From Minisyncoccota bacterium (GTDB taxonomy: Bacteria > Patescibacteriota > Minisyncoccia > JAHIHE01 > JAGLIN01), in contig JBAZUT010000009.1 of the NCBI GenBank assembly GCA_041661265.1, positions 1 to 62,448 of the forward strand: a stretch of DNA of 62,448 nt, written 5' to 3'. The position numbers and the translations under genes are program-made. The notes under the pieces were generated by a model. It made no database searches. It saw nothing but the letters and a program-made list of their open reading frames with translations, and had not been told where the DNA came from. Shown here piece by piece: positions 25,420-36,018 of this stretch (the first letter of the stretch is position 1; each line of letters starts with the position of its first letter).

Positions 25420-28400
25420 TCAGCGTATACGGAAATCTTCGGATACGAAATAGAACCTGTCCAGAACGGTATCCGTCTTGGGAAGAACCCCCAAAACGAT
25501 CACGCGATTGCCGAAGAGATCTTCTATGCGATCTCCCGCAGTCTTGAATGCTTTCATCTTGATGAGAGCGTCAGCCTCTTCGGCGCCGAGATATATTTCC
25601 TGATATTGGCTGCCGCCTATATTGATCGCACCGAGCGAATCGATCTTTCCGACAAATTTCAAAGGCACATTTCCATCCGTCTCATAGATCAATTTGATCT
25701 CTGGCCCCATCCTTATCGCTTTCATATCCGCATCACTCCTGAGACGGCTGAAAGTATTTGAGTTCACAACATGATAATAATCCAGAATTGTTCCCGTGGG
25801 TTCCAATATCCCGGTCACCCTTACGGATGAAAGTCCGAAAAAGTCATTGATCGAATCATTGATGTTCCTGAATATTTTTTCTTCCTGCATCATCGTCGCC
25901 TCCGCATAGCCGACTATCATATCATTGTCATTCAGGCCGGATGATCCTTCTTTGATCTTGATTCCGTCGATATCGCCGGCTTTGAGGAAAAGCTTCGGAG
26001 AACCATCGACCGTAAAGTTTATTTTCGACTGCCCCGAAGACACCATATCCGTAATTTCATTTTTCATTTCCGCCGAGATCGCAGCTTTCTCCATTCCGCT
26101 GCCGCTTCCCATGCTTGAACTGATCTTCCCGAACTCGATGAACATGAATGTGAACAGGATCGCGAGGATGAAAGGAGCGATCATGGAAAGATAATTTTTC
26201 TTGTTCGGCTTGAAATATTTCAGAAGCAATGAATTCGAAACGACGGAGATCGAGCTGAATGCCATTGCAAGACCTGCGAGCTCGGGTTTCAGGACCAACC
26301 CGATGCTGACAAAAACCCTTGCGGCGATCGGGATCCCGATCACATTATAGAAAAGTGCAAAGAACATGTTCTGCCTGATCTTTGCCATCGTATCCCGGCT
26401 AAGGTCAAGCGCGGTCAGGACGTCCCTGAGGTCGTTCCTGATGATCACGATCCCGCCGGTTTCCATGGCAACATCCGTTCCGCCTCCCATGGCGATCCCA
26501 AGATCCGCCTGCGCGAGAGCCGGCGCATCATTGATCCCGTCACCGACCATGGCGACTTTTATTTTTCTCTCCTGCAATTTCCTCACTTCATTCGCCTTGT
26601 CCTGAGGAAGAACTTCCGCCAGGACATTTTTGATGCCGACTTGCTTTGCGATCGCATCTGCCGTTCTCCTGTTGTCGCCCGTGATCATGAAAACCTCGAT
26701 CCCTCTCTTTTGTAATTTCTGGACCGCCTCGAGCGAACTTTCTTTCAATGTGTCCGCAACCGCGATCAACCCAAGAATATCTTTTCCATTGGAAAGAATC
26801 ATAACGGTTTTCCCCGCTTCCTCGAGCCTTTTCATTTTCTTTTCCGCTTTTTCAAGATCCAAGCCAAGCGTTTCAACGATCAATTTTCTATTGCCAAGAT
26901 AATACATAACGTCACCCGCCTTCCCCTCGACACCATGGCCCGGAATCGCCTTGAAATCCCGCACCTCCGAAAGCTTTATGGATTCCTCTTCCGAATATTT
27001 TATTATGGCTTCCGCCAGAGGATGTTCGGATAGTTTTTCCAAACCACCCGCAATGGCGATGATATCATCCTCGTCGAACGAAGATGTGGCCACAATATCC
27101 GTAACTTCCGGCTTTCCATTGGTGAGAGTTCCGGTCTTGTCGAAAACGATCGCTTTGATCTTGTTGGCCGCTTCAAGCGGTTCCCCGCCTTTTATAAGCA
27201 CTCCGTATTCCGCTCCTTTTCCGACCCCAACCATGATCGCCGTTGGAGTTGCGAGCCCCAGCGCGCACGGACAAGCGATCACGATCACAGACGTGAATGC
27301 CATAAGGCTGAATGTAAGACCCGCACCAAACACATAGAACCAAGCAACGAATGTAAGAGTTGCGATCACCAGAACTGCCGGCACGAAATATGAGGATATT
27401 TTGTCTGCCATCGCCTGGATCGGAGCCTTGGAACCCTGCGCATCCTCGATAAGGCGTATGATCTGTGCCAGCGCCGTCTCGTTTCCGACCTTGGTCGCTT
27501 CAAATTCAAAACTTCCATGTTTGTTTATCGTTGCTCCGATCACTTTGTCACCGACATTTTTCTCAACCGGTATGCTTTCTCCCGTAAGCATCGACTCATC
27601 GACGGAGGATTTGCCCTTTGTCAGAACTCCATCTACCGGGATCTTTTCTCCCGGTCGGACCACGATCACATCGCCCTTGACCACCTGCTCGATCGGTATG
27701 TCGATCGATCCTCCATTTCTCACAACCCTCGCCGTCTTTGGCTGGAGGCCCATAAGTTTTTTGATTGCTTCCGAAGTCCTTCCCTTTGCCTTCGCCTCAA
27801 GCCATTTCCCAAGGGTCACAAAGGTGATGAGGAATGCCGCCGTTTCAAAATATAGCTCGGGTATTTTTTCTCCGTTCAGGCCTATAAAAGAATCGTTTCT
27901 CGAAAAATATGCCGCGAACTGCCACAAGCTGTAGAAAAACGCCGTGCTCGTTCCGATCGCGATCAAACTGTCCATATTGAATGTCTTCATCTTCAAACTG
28001 CTCCACATGCCTTTATAGAATCCCGCGCCGATCACGAACTGGACCGGAATGGTCAGCACAAACGAGATTATTCCGATATATGGCGTCAGCGTTTCTTTCA
28101 GGGGAATAAAACTGAAAAAATCAAAAAGCATAAAGTATAACATCGGAAAGCTCAAAATAAAAGAAATGACAAATTTGTTTCTAAATCCATCGATCTCTTT
28201 CTGCTTTCTCCTGCGTTCAGCATCCGGATCCGCATCGTTCGGGAGGCTGGCGCCATATCCGACCGCCTTCACCGCCTTCACAAGATCATTTACACCCGCT
28301 TTCGATGAATCAAAGATAACCCTCGCCTTTTCCGCGGCGAAGTTCACATTAGCCTCTTTCACCCCCGGAACTTTCGCCAGTTTCTTCTCGATTATTTTGG

Positions 28401-29046
28401 CGCATGATGCACAGTGCATTCCGCTGAGAACAAGATTCACATGCTGATCGCCCGCCTTGGCTGCCGCAATAGATTCAGTTTTGACGGCTTTTTCCTCCTT
28501 GACGACCGGTCCGCTCGCGGAAGAACTTATGCTTCTCGGCGGATTATCCGAGAAAGCCCCCAGAAGCTGATTGATCTTGGACGAATTAAATATGCTCTGG
28601 ATCGCTTTTTCGACATCCTGTCTCCCCTCGGGGATCTCGAACTCACCCCTTTTCAGATGATTTATCTTCCCTTTGAAATTCGGGTTGCCGTCCTGCTGGA
28701 AAAACTCTCCGTCCGCAACAACGGATGATTCAAGCCGGATCCTCACGGGAGAGTTTGCATCCACTATTTTCTTCTCGATGACGACCTCCTCTTTTGACAG
28801 CGCTTCACTATCCGATCCTGATGGAACACCTTCGATAATTGTTCCCTTATAGCCGGCCTTCTCAATCGCCAAGACAATTTCCTCATTTTTCACGATGCTG
28901 TCGTCAAAAACAACCTCTCCCGTTTTATTTTTGAAATCGAACTTGGTGGACTTTACTCCAAAGATCTCCATCACCTCCATATCAATTATCTTTTCGCATG
29001 ACGCGCAATGCATTCCTTCAACTTGTAATTTTATTGTTTTTTCCAT
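25420..29046 (-). CDS. copA: Cu(I) P1B-type ATPase with two N-terminal HMA domains and a ~260-aa C-terminal extension
   Basis: MHCASC x2, [36 protein letters not shown] and MAFSSISV. After the last core TM there is an extra TM plus 263 aa. Confidence 0.9.
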   Translation of the reverse strand: MEKTIKLQVEGMHCASCEKIIDMEVMEIFGVKSTKFDFKNKTGEVVFDDSIVKNEEIVLAIEKAGYKGTIIEGVPSGSDSEALSKEEVVIEKKIVDANSPVRIRLESSVVADGEFFQQDGNPNFKGKINHLKRGEFEIPEGRQDVEKAIQSIFNSSKINQLLGAFSDNPPRSISSSASGPVVKEEKAVKTESIAAAKAGDQHVNLVLSGMHCASCAKIIEKKLAKVPGVKEANVNFAAEKARVIFDSSKAGVNDLVKAVKAVGYGASLPNDADPDAERRRKQKEIDGFRNKFVISFILSFPMLYFMLFDFFSFIPLKETLTPYIGIISFVLTIPVQFVIGAGFYKGMWSSLKMKTFNMDSLIAIGTSTAFFYSLWQFAAYFSRNDSFIGLNGEKIPELYFETAAFLITFVTLGKWLEAKAKGRTSEAIKKLMGLQPKTARVVRNGGSIDIPIEQVVKGDVIVVRPGEKIPVDGVLTKGKSSVDESMLTGESIPVEKNVGDKVIGATINKHGSFEFEATKVGNETALAQIIRLIEDAQGSKAPIQAMADKISSYFVPAVLVIATLTFVAWFYVFGAGLTFSLMAFTSVIVIACPCALGLATPTAIMVGVGKGAEYGVLIKGGEPLEAANKIKAIVFDKTGTLTNGKPEVTDIVATSSFDEDDIIAIAGGLEKLSEHPLAEAIIKYSEEESIKLSEVRDFKAIPGHGVEGKAGDVMYYLGNRKLIVETLGLDLEKAEKKMKRLEEAGKTVMILSNGKDILGLIAVADTLKESSLEAVQKLQKRGIEVFMITGDNRRTADAIAKQVGIKNVLAEVLPQDKANEVRKLQERKIKVAMVGDGINDAPALAQADLGIAMGGGTDVAMETGGIVIIRNDLRDVLTALDLSRDTMAKIRQNMFFALFYNVIGIPIAARVFVSIGLVLKPELAGLAMAFSSISVVSNSLLLKYFKPNKKNYLSMIAPFILAILFTFMFIEFGKISSSMGSGSGMEKAAISAEMKNEITDMVSSGQSKINFTVDGSPKLFLKAGDIDGIKIKEGSSGLNDNDMIVGYAEATMMQEEKIFRNINDSINDFFGLSSVRVTGILEPTGTILDYYHVVNSNTFSRLRSDADMKAIRMGPEIKLIYETDGNVPLKFVGKIDSLGAINIGGSQYQEIYLGAEEADALIKMKAFKTAGDRIEDLFGNRVIVLGVLPKTDTVLDRFYFVSEDFRIR

Positions 29047-29085
29047 AATCTTTTCTTATTAATGAGATTAATCGCCGACAACGGA

Positions 29086-29358
29086 TCAGCTGGTGATCTT
29101 GAAATTCTTAATTAGTTCTTTCACAAAACTTTCACGTTCTTCTTTTTTCTTGGAATTCAGCTTGTGAGCCGCACAAGAATTAAGATGCCCCTCCAGAATC
29201 AGATCATTGGCTCTTTTCAATAGACCGATGGTGGCGTTTACCTGCTGAGCGACATCAACGCAGTATCTTTTATCATCGATCATCTTCTGCAGAAGATTTA
29301 TCTGTCCCTGCGCCTTTTTTAAATTCAGCTGCACTTTGCTTTTATACGGTTCTATCAT
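29086..29358 (-). CDS. csoR: CsoR/RcnR-family metal-sensing repressor
   Basis: 90 aa. KRYCVDVAQQVNATIGLLKRANDLILEGHLNSC matches the C...H...C layout. Confidence 0.8.
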   Translation of the reverse strand: MIEPYKSKVQLNLKKAQGQINLLQKMIDDKRYCVDVAQQVNATIGLLKRANDLILEGHLNSCAAHKLNSKKKEERESFVKELIKNFKITS

Positions 29359-29387
29359 ACTTGTTGATATTAATCATATTATATTTC

Positions 29388-29415
29388 ATTGTACCATGAC
29401 CATAGGTATAGGTCA
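29388..29415 (-). promoter_or_regulatory. promoter of csoR-copA with candidate CsoR operator in the spacer
   Basis: Minus strand: TTGACC, 17 nt, TACAAT. The spacer holds the palindrome TACC-N9-GGTA (29392-29408). Confidence 0.5.
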
Positions 29416-29559
29416 AGAGAAGATCAAAAAAAATAGTATTTTTTTACCAATAATCAAGAAGTAAACACAAGGCTTATTTCAATCACTAAATCGACAAATA
29501 CCGAATATCTGATTATTACATATTGTAATTTTTCATTTTGATATTTTATTTTTTCGTTA

Positions 29560-29760
29560 CTAAAACGCTACCGTCTTATCGGCCTTCGCAAGTGCACTTT
29601 CAATCTCATCTTCCGGCACTTCCCTCTCTGATTCAATTGCGGTTTCTCCATTTTTATTTATTTCCACGTTTGTCACTCCTGGAATTTTCTTTAGGACCAT
29701 ACTGCTAATTTTTATGCACGCGTCGCATGTTATATTCGTGATCGTAAAATTTTTCTTCAT
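29560..29760 (-). CDS. copZ: CopZ-like HMA-domain metallochaperone
   Basis: 66 aa with ITCDACIKI (CxxC) in a ferredoxin-like layout. Confidence 0.75.
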   Translation of the reverse strand: MKKNFTITNITCDACIKISSMVLKKIPGVTNVEINKNGETAIESEREVPEDEIESALAKADKTVAF

Positions 29761-29809
29761 ATTTGGTTCATTAATTATTAATCCGTTAATTCGTAAATCC
29801 GTTAATTTA

Positions 29810-31579
29810 TCAGTTTACCACTTTTATCACTCCCCTCGGAACGCCCATTGCGCAGGTAATGTTGTAATCCCCCGCTTTTTCCGGAGTAAATTCCATTACC
29901 ATCTTTTTCCCGCCCTCAAGATATTGTGCCGAATTATAAAGACCCGGAACCATAACCGAACTCATGCATCCCTGTCCGTCTTCTTTAACATCGATCTCAA
30001 ATCTGACCGGAACTCCCTTTTTTACCTCGAAATTATTCGGAACTATATCTTTCGATAAAGTATAATCGGCTTTTATGATCTGCCCTTCGTTCGTTTTCGC
30101 CTGAGGCTGAGTCGCAACAGGATCTATGTTCTTTTTTGCGCCGCCTCCGCATCCGCAACCGCCGCCTCCCGATCCGCAGCTTCCGCCTGCCTGTGCCTGA
30201 ACATTGTCTGAGCTTGGACTCGGACTTGAATTGCTTGCGCCAGCTCCGGATCCCGGCTCAACCACGATGAATTTTCCCCTATACATCCCCATGGAACATG
30301 AGAAAGGTATTTCTCCTGTTTCTTTCGGGACGAACTCGATCACATTCTCGCCCTTCTTCAAACTCTTTGAGATCCCGTATTTGGGCATCACTATCGAACT
30401 TGCACAGGAGAATTGATTCGTTGACGTTATGATCCACCTGACCTTTTTTCCTTTTTCAACCGTAAGCACATTCGGCGTATATCCGGTGTTCCCTTGTGTC
30501 ATTTTCACTTCCTGAACTTCCAAAGAACTGCTCGCGACATCAATCGCACTATCCGCCTTTCCCTGGAAAACCAGCTGGCTTCCATTCGTTATATTTATCC
30601 AGCCTAGAATTATAACCGCCAAGCCCGTCGTTGCAAAAAAGGTCCTTGCGTTTTTTCCTTTGAACATTGAAGAAAGTCCCCCTATTCCCAGAAGTCCCGG
30701 AGCGGTTCCAAGCGCAAAAAGAGACATAATCAGCGCGCCGTTCACGAATCCTCCGCTTCCAACCGCATAAAGCTGCATGGCCTGAGTAAATCCGCATGGA
30801 AGAAAAAAAGTCAGTGCCCCGGTAATGGCCGCGCCTTTGTGGCTGTATTCTTTCTGTTCTCTCTTGATGCCAAGCGCCTTTGAAATCCCCTTGGGAAGAG
30901 ATATTGTAATGTCTTTCATGAACGGAAATATCTCAATAAGCTTCAGGCCCAAAAAGATCATCACTCCTCCGATTATTATCGTCATAAGTCCCATTGAGCC
31001 CGGAGATGGCTGAAACGCCGAACCGATCATTGCAAGTATACCTCCGAAGATCCCGAAGCCTGCTATTCTTCCAAGATTGAAAAACAGATGAGGCCGGAAT
31101 TTCTGGCTCGAGGTTATTTCCGGATGCGCCTCGGCATGTTGCGCGGAAATGCTTAGCACAAGCCCTCCTACAAGAGCCATGCATGTCGACACGCCCGCCA
31201 CAAGACCCACCATCAGAACCACGGGATAGCTTACATTTTCCGAATTGACGCTATAATCAAGAATACCCGTAAACTTGGCGACAAAAAAAATAATAATTAG
31301 GATTATTATCCCGTTCAACAGGTTATTGTAATCATTTTCGTCTTTTGATATCCATTCAACTTGGTTTTTATATCCGACATCATAGCCTATATTCTTGACT
31401 GCATTATATATCGCCTCCCCTTGAGACGGAATGCCCTTTTTGAAATATAGATCGGCTTTTCCTGTCCTGTAATTTACTTCAACATTTTTGACGCCAGGAA
31501 CATCTTTCAGCGCTTCCTCAACCAGCAACTCGCAGCTCCGGCAATGCATACCCTTGATCGGTACTGTGACTTTGTTCAT
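29810..31579 (-). CDS. HMA domain - polytopic membrane domain (TauE/DsbD_2-like) - two cupredoxin-like domains
   Basis: MHCRSC at the N-terminus. About 6 TM helices. Repeats FSCASSIVMP..FSCSMGMYRG and CMSSVMVPG..ITCAMGVPRG, separated by the Gly/Cys linker GGSCGSGGGGCGCGGG. Confidence 0.7.
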   Translation of the reverse strand: MNKVTVPIKGMHCRSCELLVEEALKDVPGVKNVEVNYRTGKADLYFKKGIPSQGEAIYNAVKNIGYDVGYKNQVEWISKDENDYNNLLNGIIILIIIFFVAKFTGILDYSVNSENVSYPVVLMVGLVAGVSTCMALVGGLVLSISAQHAEAHPEITSSQKFRPHLFFNLGRIAGFGIFGGILAMIGSAFQPSPGSMGLMTIIIGGVMIFLGLKLIEIFPFMKDITISLPKGISKALGIKREQKEYSHKGAAITGALTFFLPCGFTQAMQLYAVGSGGFVNGALIMSLFALGTAPGLLGIGGLSSMFKGKNARTFFATTGLAVIILGWINITNGSQLVFQGKADSAIDVASSSLEVQEVKMTQGNTGYTPNVLTVEKGKKVRWIITSTNQFSCASSIVMPKYGISKSLKKGENVIEFVPKETGEIPFSCSMGMYRGKFIVVEPGSGAGASNSSPSPSSDNVQAQAGGSCGSGGGGCGCGGGAKKNIDPVATQPQAKTNEGQIIKADYTLSKDIVPNNFEVKKGVPVRFEIDVKEDGQGCMSSVMVPGLYNSAQYLEGGKKMVMEFTPEKAGDYNITCAMGVPRGVIKVVN

Positions 31580-31694
31580 TTGTTTTGTATTTATTTATTA
31601 GTAATACTGCAATTATGCATAAAAGATCCGGCAAATATTTCTTTCCTATTTTTTCGCTTTCGCGGCCTTACGGTCATTTGAACCGCATAATAAT

Positions 31695-31734
31695 ACCTAC
31701 TATTCATTGTAGTAGGTTAGATAAAACTTGTCAA
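31695..31734 (-). promoter_or_regulatory. promoter with palindromic operator ACCTACTA-N7-TAGTAGGT over the -10
   Basis: Minus strand: TTGACA (31734-29), 17 nt, TACAAT (31711-06). The palindrome spans 31695-31717. Confidence 0.65.
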
Positions 31735-31770
31735 GAGATTTATATCCACAAAAAGAACGTGCGGATTAGC

Positions 31771-34011
31771 TCAAATGTTTATCAGATCCTTTTCCGCGCT
31801 TTTCAAGAAGACGGCATTGGTCGCCACGATGATCGAAGATATGCTCATCAGAAGAGCTGAAACTTCAGGCCTTAAATATATACCATAACCGGGATATAAT
31901 AATCCTGCTGCAACGGGTATGGCCAAAATATTATAGATCGACGCCCAAACAAGATTTTGCTTCATTTTTCTGACTGTAGCCTTTGATAATCGGATGGCTC
32001 TTAATATATCGGCCGGGTCGGATCTCATCAGTACCACCTTGGCGGTTTCGATCGCTACGTCCGTGCCGGCGCCGATCGCGATCCCGATGTCCGCCTGCGC
32101 GAGAGCAGGAGCGTCATTCACGCCATCACCCACCATCGCCACGAATTTTCCTTCATCCTGAAGTTTCTTCACATAAATGGATTTTTCTTCAGGCAGAACC
32201 TCGGAAAAAACGCGATCAATGCCAACTTGCTTTCCGACCGCTTCTCCGGTTTTTTTGTTATCGCCGGTGATCATTGCCACCTCCAGACCCAGTTCCTTCA
32301 TGCGCAATATGGCGATCTTTGCAGTGGACTTTATGGGATCAGCGGCAGCAAGCACTCCGGCCATTTTTCCGTCTATTGCGATCATAATTATCGTTTTTCC
32401 CTCATTTAGCATTTGCTCAAAATCTCCCCGAAGAACTGAAACATCGACATTTCTGTCCTTCATAAGCTTCATGGTGCCTGCCAGAACATGCCTCCCCTCC
32501 ACTGTCGCCTCCAAACCTAATCCGGACAATGATCTGAAATTTTCCGCATTTTCAGAAAAATTTATACCCCTCTTGTTCGCTTCCTCCAAAACTGCCCTGC
32601 TGAGGGGATGCGCGGATCTCATTTCAACGCTGGCTGACAATCTTAATATTTCGTCTTCAGAAAATCCTTTAACGCAAACGATATCCGTTATTTTCGGCTT
32701 CCCTTCGGTCAAGGTTCCCGTTTTATCCAGAACGACAGCCTGAATCCCGGATAGCCGCTCAAGAGTTGAGGCATCCTTGATCAATATATTATGTTTTGCG
32801 CCAAGACCCGTGCCGACAGCGACAGCCGTGGGAGTTGCAAGGCCCAATGCATCGGGACAAGCGATCACTATGGTAGAAATGGCAAAAGTTAAAGCGAACA
32901 TCAGAGATTCGCCCATCACAAAATACCAAACAAAAAAAGTGAGCAATCCGCCGCCCACTGCCACAACAACAAGATATCCGGCAAATTTATCCGCAAGCCT
33001 CTGTCCGGGCGCTTTGGAATTCTGTGCAGTCTCGACCATTTTTACGATTTGGGCGAGTGCAGTATCCTTTCCGACTTTTGTGGCTTTGAATTTCACAGAA
33101 CCGGATTGATTGATCGAACCGCCGGTGACGCTATCTCCGGCTTTTTTTGAAACAGGGATCGATTCTCCCGTTATCAATGATTCATCGATCGCGGTTTCGC
33201 CTTCAATGACCTCCCCGTCAACCGGCACCTTGTCGCCCGGCTTCAGGATCAGAATATCTCCGATCTTAACCTCAGATGTCGGAATGATCGCCTCTTCGCC
33301 ATCCCTGACGACTCTGGCGCTTGGCGGAACAAGAGCAAAAAGCGCCTGAAGCGCATCGGTTGTTCCCCTTCTAGATTTCATTTCCATCCAATGCCCGAAC
33401 AGGACAAAAGTAATAAGCATTGCCGCCGCTTCATAAAAAGAATCTTCACTGCCCATTAGGGTCAGGATCAAACTGAAAACATACGCGGCAGTGATTCCGA
33501 CCGCAATAAGCACTGACATATTAAGAGCCCTCTTTTGGAGAGCTTTATATGCGGAATAAAGAAAGATCCAGCCGGCATAAAAAAATACCGGCGTAGTGAG
33601 AATGAACAAGATCCACGTAGCGGGAATAAGAGAGGGCAGCTTCAAACCGAATATCATTTCTCCCATCGGAGAATATAGAATGATAGGAATTGTCAAAAGA
33701 AAAGCGAAAAAGAATTTATTTCTGATGTCGATCTCCATAAGCCGGGCCATTTCCCGCCCCGCCAAACCCGTATGATCCATGCCCATGGTCATCGTCATGC
33801 TCATTTTAAATTTTTCCCAAAAGGACATTCCTCCGGAAGATCCCATTGTGTGTTCATGATGATCGTGCATTTCATGATCCGAGGCTTCACCGGATCTGCT
33901 ATTTTCGACCGGAACCAGTTTCATTCCGCATTTCGAACAATTTCCGGGCTCGGTTTCCCTGATCTCGGGATGCATGGAACAGGTATAGATCACATTTTGA
34001 CCTTGGTTCAT
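31771..34011 (-). CDS. P1B-type heavy-metal ATPase, CopB-like, with CPD instead of CPC/CPH
   Basis: N-terminal YTCSMHPEI..CSKCGM and the His-rich HEMHDHHEH. Also TGES, ACPDALGLATP, DKTGTLT, GDGVNDAP, YNILAIP and MSISS. Confidence 0.85.
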   Translation of the reverse strand: MNQGQNVIYTCSMHPEIRETEPGNCSKCGMKLVPVENSRSGEASDHEMHDHHEHTMGSSGGMSFWEKFKMSMTMTMGMDHTGLAGREMARLMEIDIRNKFFFAFLLTIPIILYSPMGEMIFGLKLPSLIPATWILFILTTPVFFYAGWIFLYSAYKALQKRALNMSVLIAVGITAAYVFSLILTLMGSEDSFYEAAAMLITFVLFGHWMEMKSRRGTTDALQALFALVPPSARVVRDGEEAIIPTSEVKIGDILILKPGDKVPVDGEVIEGETAIDESLITGESIPVSKKAGDSVTGGSINQSGSVKFKATKVGKDTALAQIVKMVETAQNSKAPGQRLADKFAGYLVVVAVGGGLLTFFVWYFVMGESLMFALTFAISTIVIACPDALGLATPTAVAVGTGLGAKHNILIKDASTLERLSGIQAVVLDKTGTLTEGKPKITDIVCVKGFSEDEILRLSASVEMRSAHPLSRAVLEEANKRGINFSENAENFRSLSGLGLEATVEGRHVLAGTMKLMKDRNVDVSVLRGDFEQMLNEGKTIIMIAIDGKMAGVLAAADPIKSTAKIAILRMKELGLEVAMITGDNKKTGEAVGKQVGIDRVFSEVLPEEKSIYVKKLQDEGKFVAMVGDGVNDAPALAQADIGIAIGAGTDVAIETAKVVLMRSDPADILRAIRLSKATVRKMKQNLVWASIYNILAIPVAAGLLYPGYGIYLRPEVSALLMSISSIIVATNAVFLKSAEKDLINI

Positions 34012-34143
34012 GATAGATAATTATGGATAGTATATTTTCTATATTCTTACCGATCGGCTGACTACAGATGCCGCAAGATTTTTTTGCGGCAGAACATCGG
34101 CTATGTGTTCATTATATCATTTTCAGCGAATTCCGGCGACCCG

Positions 34144-34356
34144 CTACTTCTTCGCAATATGCGATTCCGGATCCTGGCTGAACTGATCTTTGCAGTGATC
34201 AGAACAGAAATAATAGGTCTTTCCGTGATACTGATATGTGATCAGACTTTTTGTCGCTTCCATGCCGCAAACAGGATCAATAGCTTTCGGTTCGGGTATT
34301 ATCCGATAACCGAGAGCCTTTATCTTCCTGAATAACGATTTGTATTTATTTGACAT
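34144..34356 (-). CDS. YHS/TRASH-domain protein
   Basis: DPVCGMEA..YQYHGKTYYFCSDHCKDQF. Confidence 0.75.
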   Translation of the reverse strand: MSNKYKSLFRKIKALGYRIIPEPKAIDPVCGMEATKSLITYQYHGKTYYFCSDHCKDQFSQDPESHIAKK

Positions 34357-34395
34357 AGTTTGTGGATTTAGTTATTAAAGCACACGCTCCCTGAA

Positions 34396-35658
34396 TTATG
34401 TGAACCAGATCAGCATGATCGCACCGAGGGCTATCATTACAGCCGCTCCGAAAACCTTTATCTGCGGGACTTTGGATTGCTCCCATCTCTGGAAAACTTC
34501 CAGCGTCCTCTTGTTGGACATCGCAAGAAGTATGATAATAAGCGGCATTACGAACATTATATTATAAAGTATGAGATATCCGAATCCGATCGCGGACGTT
34601 GTCTGTGAGACAAGCAGGCCTATTATGGCGACATAGATCCCTCCTGAGCACGGGAATGTGCAGAGCCCGACGAAAAAGCCGAGAATAAAAGCCGAGGGAA
34701 GCGTTGCCTTGTGGACGTATTCTTTGATCGTTCCTTTCGCAATGTGAGGTATTTGGAGCCTTATCGGGAAGCTCGGAATGAGAATGCCGATGATATTTAT
34801 GATCCCAAGGATTATAACGAGCCATGCTCCGATCTTTGCCATGGCGTGGGGAGCGTTGATGAACATCACTGTACTGACCAGCCCGAGTCCGATCGCAAGA
34901 TAGGCGAGGAATATGGCCGCGATATATACGACCCCTGTTTTCCAAACGTCTTTCTTGGTCCTCTTCAGGGTGTAAAGAAACGAAATAAAAAAGAGAAGGA
35001 CCGCAAAAGCGCAGGGATTTATCCCGTCCAGAAACCCGGAAACGAGAACGATCGGCAGAATGAAAGCTTCTTTATTCGAATTCGCTTTAAGCTCGTTTTT
35101 GTTATTTTCAAGATAGTCAAGGTATTCGCTGATCGGTGTGCCGATGGGGTAAGTCTTCGGCTCGCCCATATAATCATCTGCGTAGTTCGGGATACCGAAT
35201 ATTTTATAATTCTTGGCTTCACTGCCCATGTCGTCCTGGAAAACCAAAAGTCTCTTGAATCTTGAGCTGTTATCTTCGTTGAACATTTCCCCGACAATAT
35301 GATCCGGCATATGTCCCGCCATGATATATTTATCGCCGACAAATGTCATGATGTGGCCTTGCAGATCGAGGGGGATCCCGGCATCCTTCATCCTCCTGTT
35401 CATCTCAGGCCTGATATCTTTTCCGTTTATGTAATCCCTTTTGTCGATCTTGTTTATTCCCGCACCCTGAAGCTGCCTGGGAAGATCGTTCTTTACATAA
35501 TCCGCACACATTCCGCAAGCTTCGTTATAATATAATATGGCCTCCTGAGGATCTGATTGGGCTTGGGCGTTATGCGCCGGATGAGCAAAAAGAGCAAAAA
35601 TGTAAAATAATATAGCGGCGCAGGAGAATAATCCCTTCTTCAAATTTTTCTTTGCCAT
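34396..35658 (-). CDS. DUF411(CopG-like) domain fused to a CcdA/DsbD-type thiol-transfer membrane domain
   Basis: Signal/TM region, then YYNEACGMCADY..GIPLDLQGHIMTFVG..MAGHMPDHIV (DUF411-like). The membrane domain carries DGINPCAFAVL and FPCSGG. Confidence 0.65.
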   Translation of the reverse strand: MAKKNLKKGLFSCAAILFYIFALFAHPAHNAQAQSDPQEAILYYNEACGMCADYVKNDLPRQLQGAGINKIDKRDYINGKDIRPEMNRRMKDAGIPLDLQGHIMTFVGDKYIMAGHMPDHIVGEMFNEDNSSRFKRLLVFQDDMGSEAKNYKIFGIPNYADDYMGEPKTYPIGTPISEYLDYLENNKNELKANSNKEAFILPIVLVSGFLDGINPCAFAVLLFFISFLYTLKRTKKDVWKTGVVYIAAIFLAYLAIGLGLVSTVMFINAPHAMAKIGAWLVIILGIINIIGILIPSFPIRLQIPHIAKGTIKEYVHKATLPSAFILGFFVGLCTFPCSGGIYVAIIGLLVSQTTSAIGFGYLILYNIMFVMPLIIILLAMSNKRTLEVFQRWEQSKVPQIKVFGAAVMIALGAIMLIWFT

Positions 35659-35703
35659 AAATATGTCTGTTAATAATTAACTTCCGTTACAAGATTATAG
35701 CGA

Positions 35704-35979
35704 TCAGTGGCACCCATGGCCTGAATGCGGCGCATCGCCATTTCCCGTCCCGTCCGGACCATGCTCTTTTCCACTCTTGCCGTGCGATCTTGCCATCATA
35801 ATGAAATGCCCGACCATGAAAACTCCCATCAGACCGAAAATAAACCATTTTGATGATCCACTCGCCAATCCGGCACCTCCCAATAAAAGAATAGCTAGCG
35901 GCAGTACAGCACAGCAAAATAACATCATAAGCATCATTCCAAGATCAGATTTACCGTTGTCATGATTATCCATATTCAT
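35704..35979 (-). CDS. small His/Met/Cys-rich membrane protein (DUF2933-like)
   Basis: MMLMMLFCCAVLPLAILLLGG followed by a second TM. The C-terminus is HSGHGCH. Confidence 0.55.
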   Translation of the reverse strand: MNMDNHDNGKSDLGMMLMMLFCCAVLPLAILLLGGAGLASGSSKWFIFGLMGVFMVGHFIMMARSHGKSGKEHGPDGTGNGDAPHSGHGCH

Positions 35980-36018
35980 ATAATTATATTGTTAAGATTA
36001 TTTATATTAGTCTTTTAT

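Noticed and set aside
25925-28728. Many long + strand track ORFs inside copA, for example 27401..27934, 26951..27337 and 28049..28447. The same pattern occurs inside 31771..34011.
   Set aside because: They are antisense shadows of strongly supported P-type ATPase genes, Ser/Pro/Ala-rich, and have no RBS.
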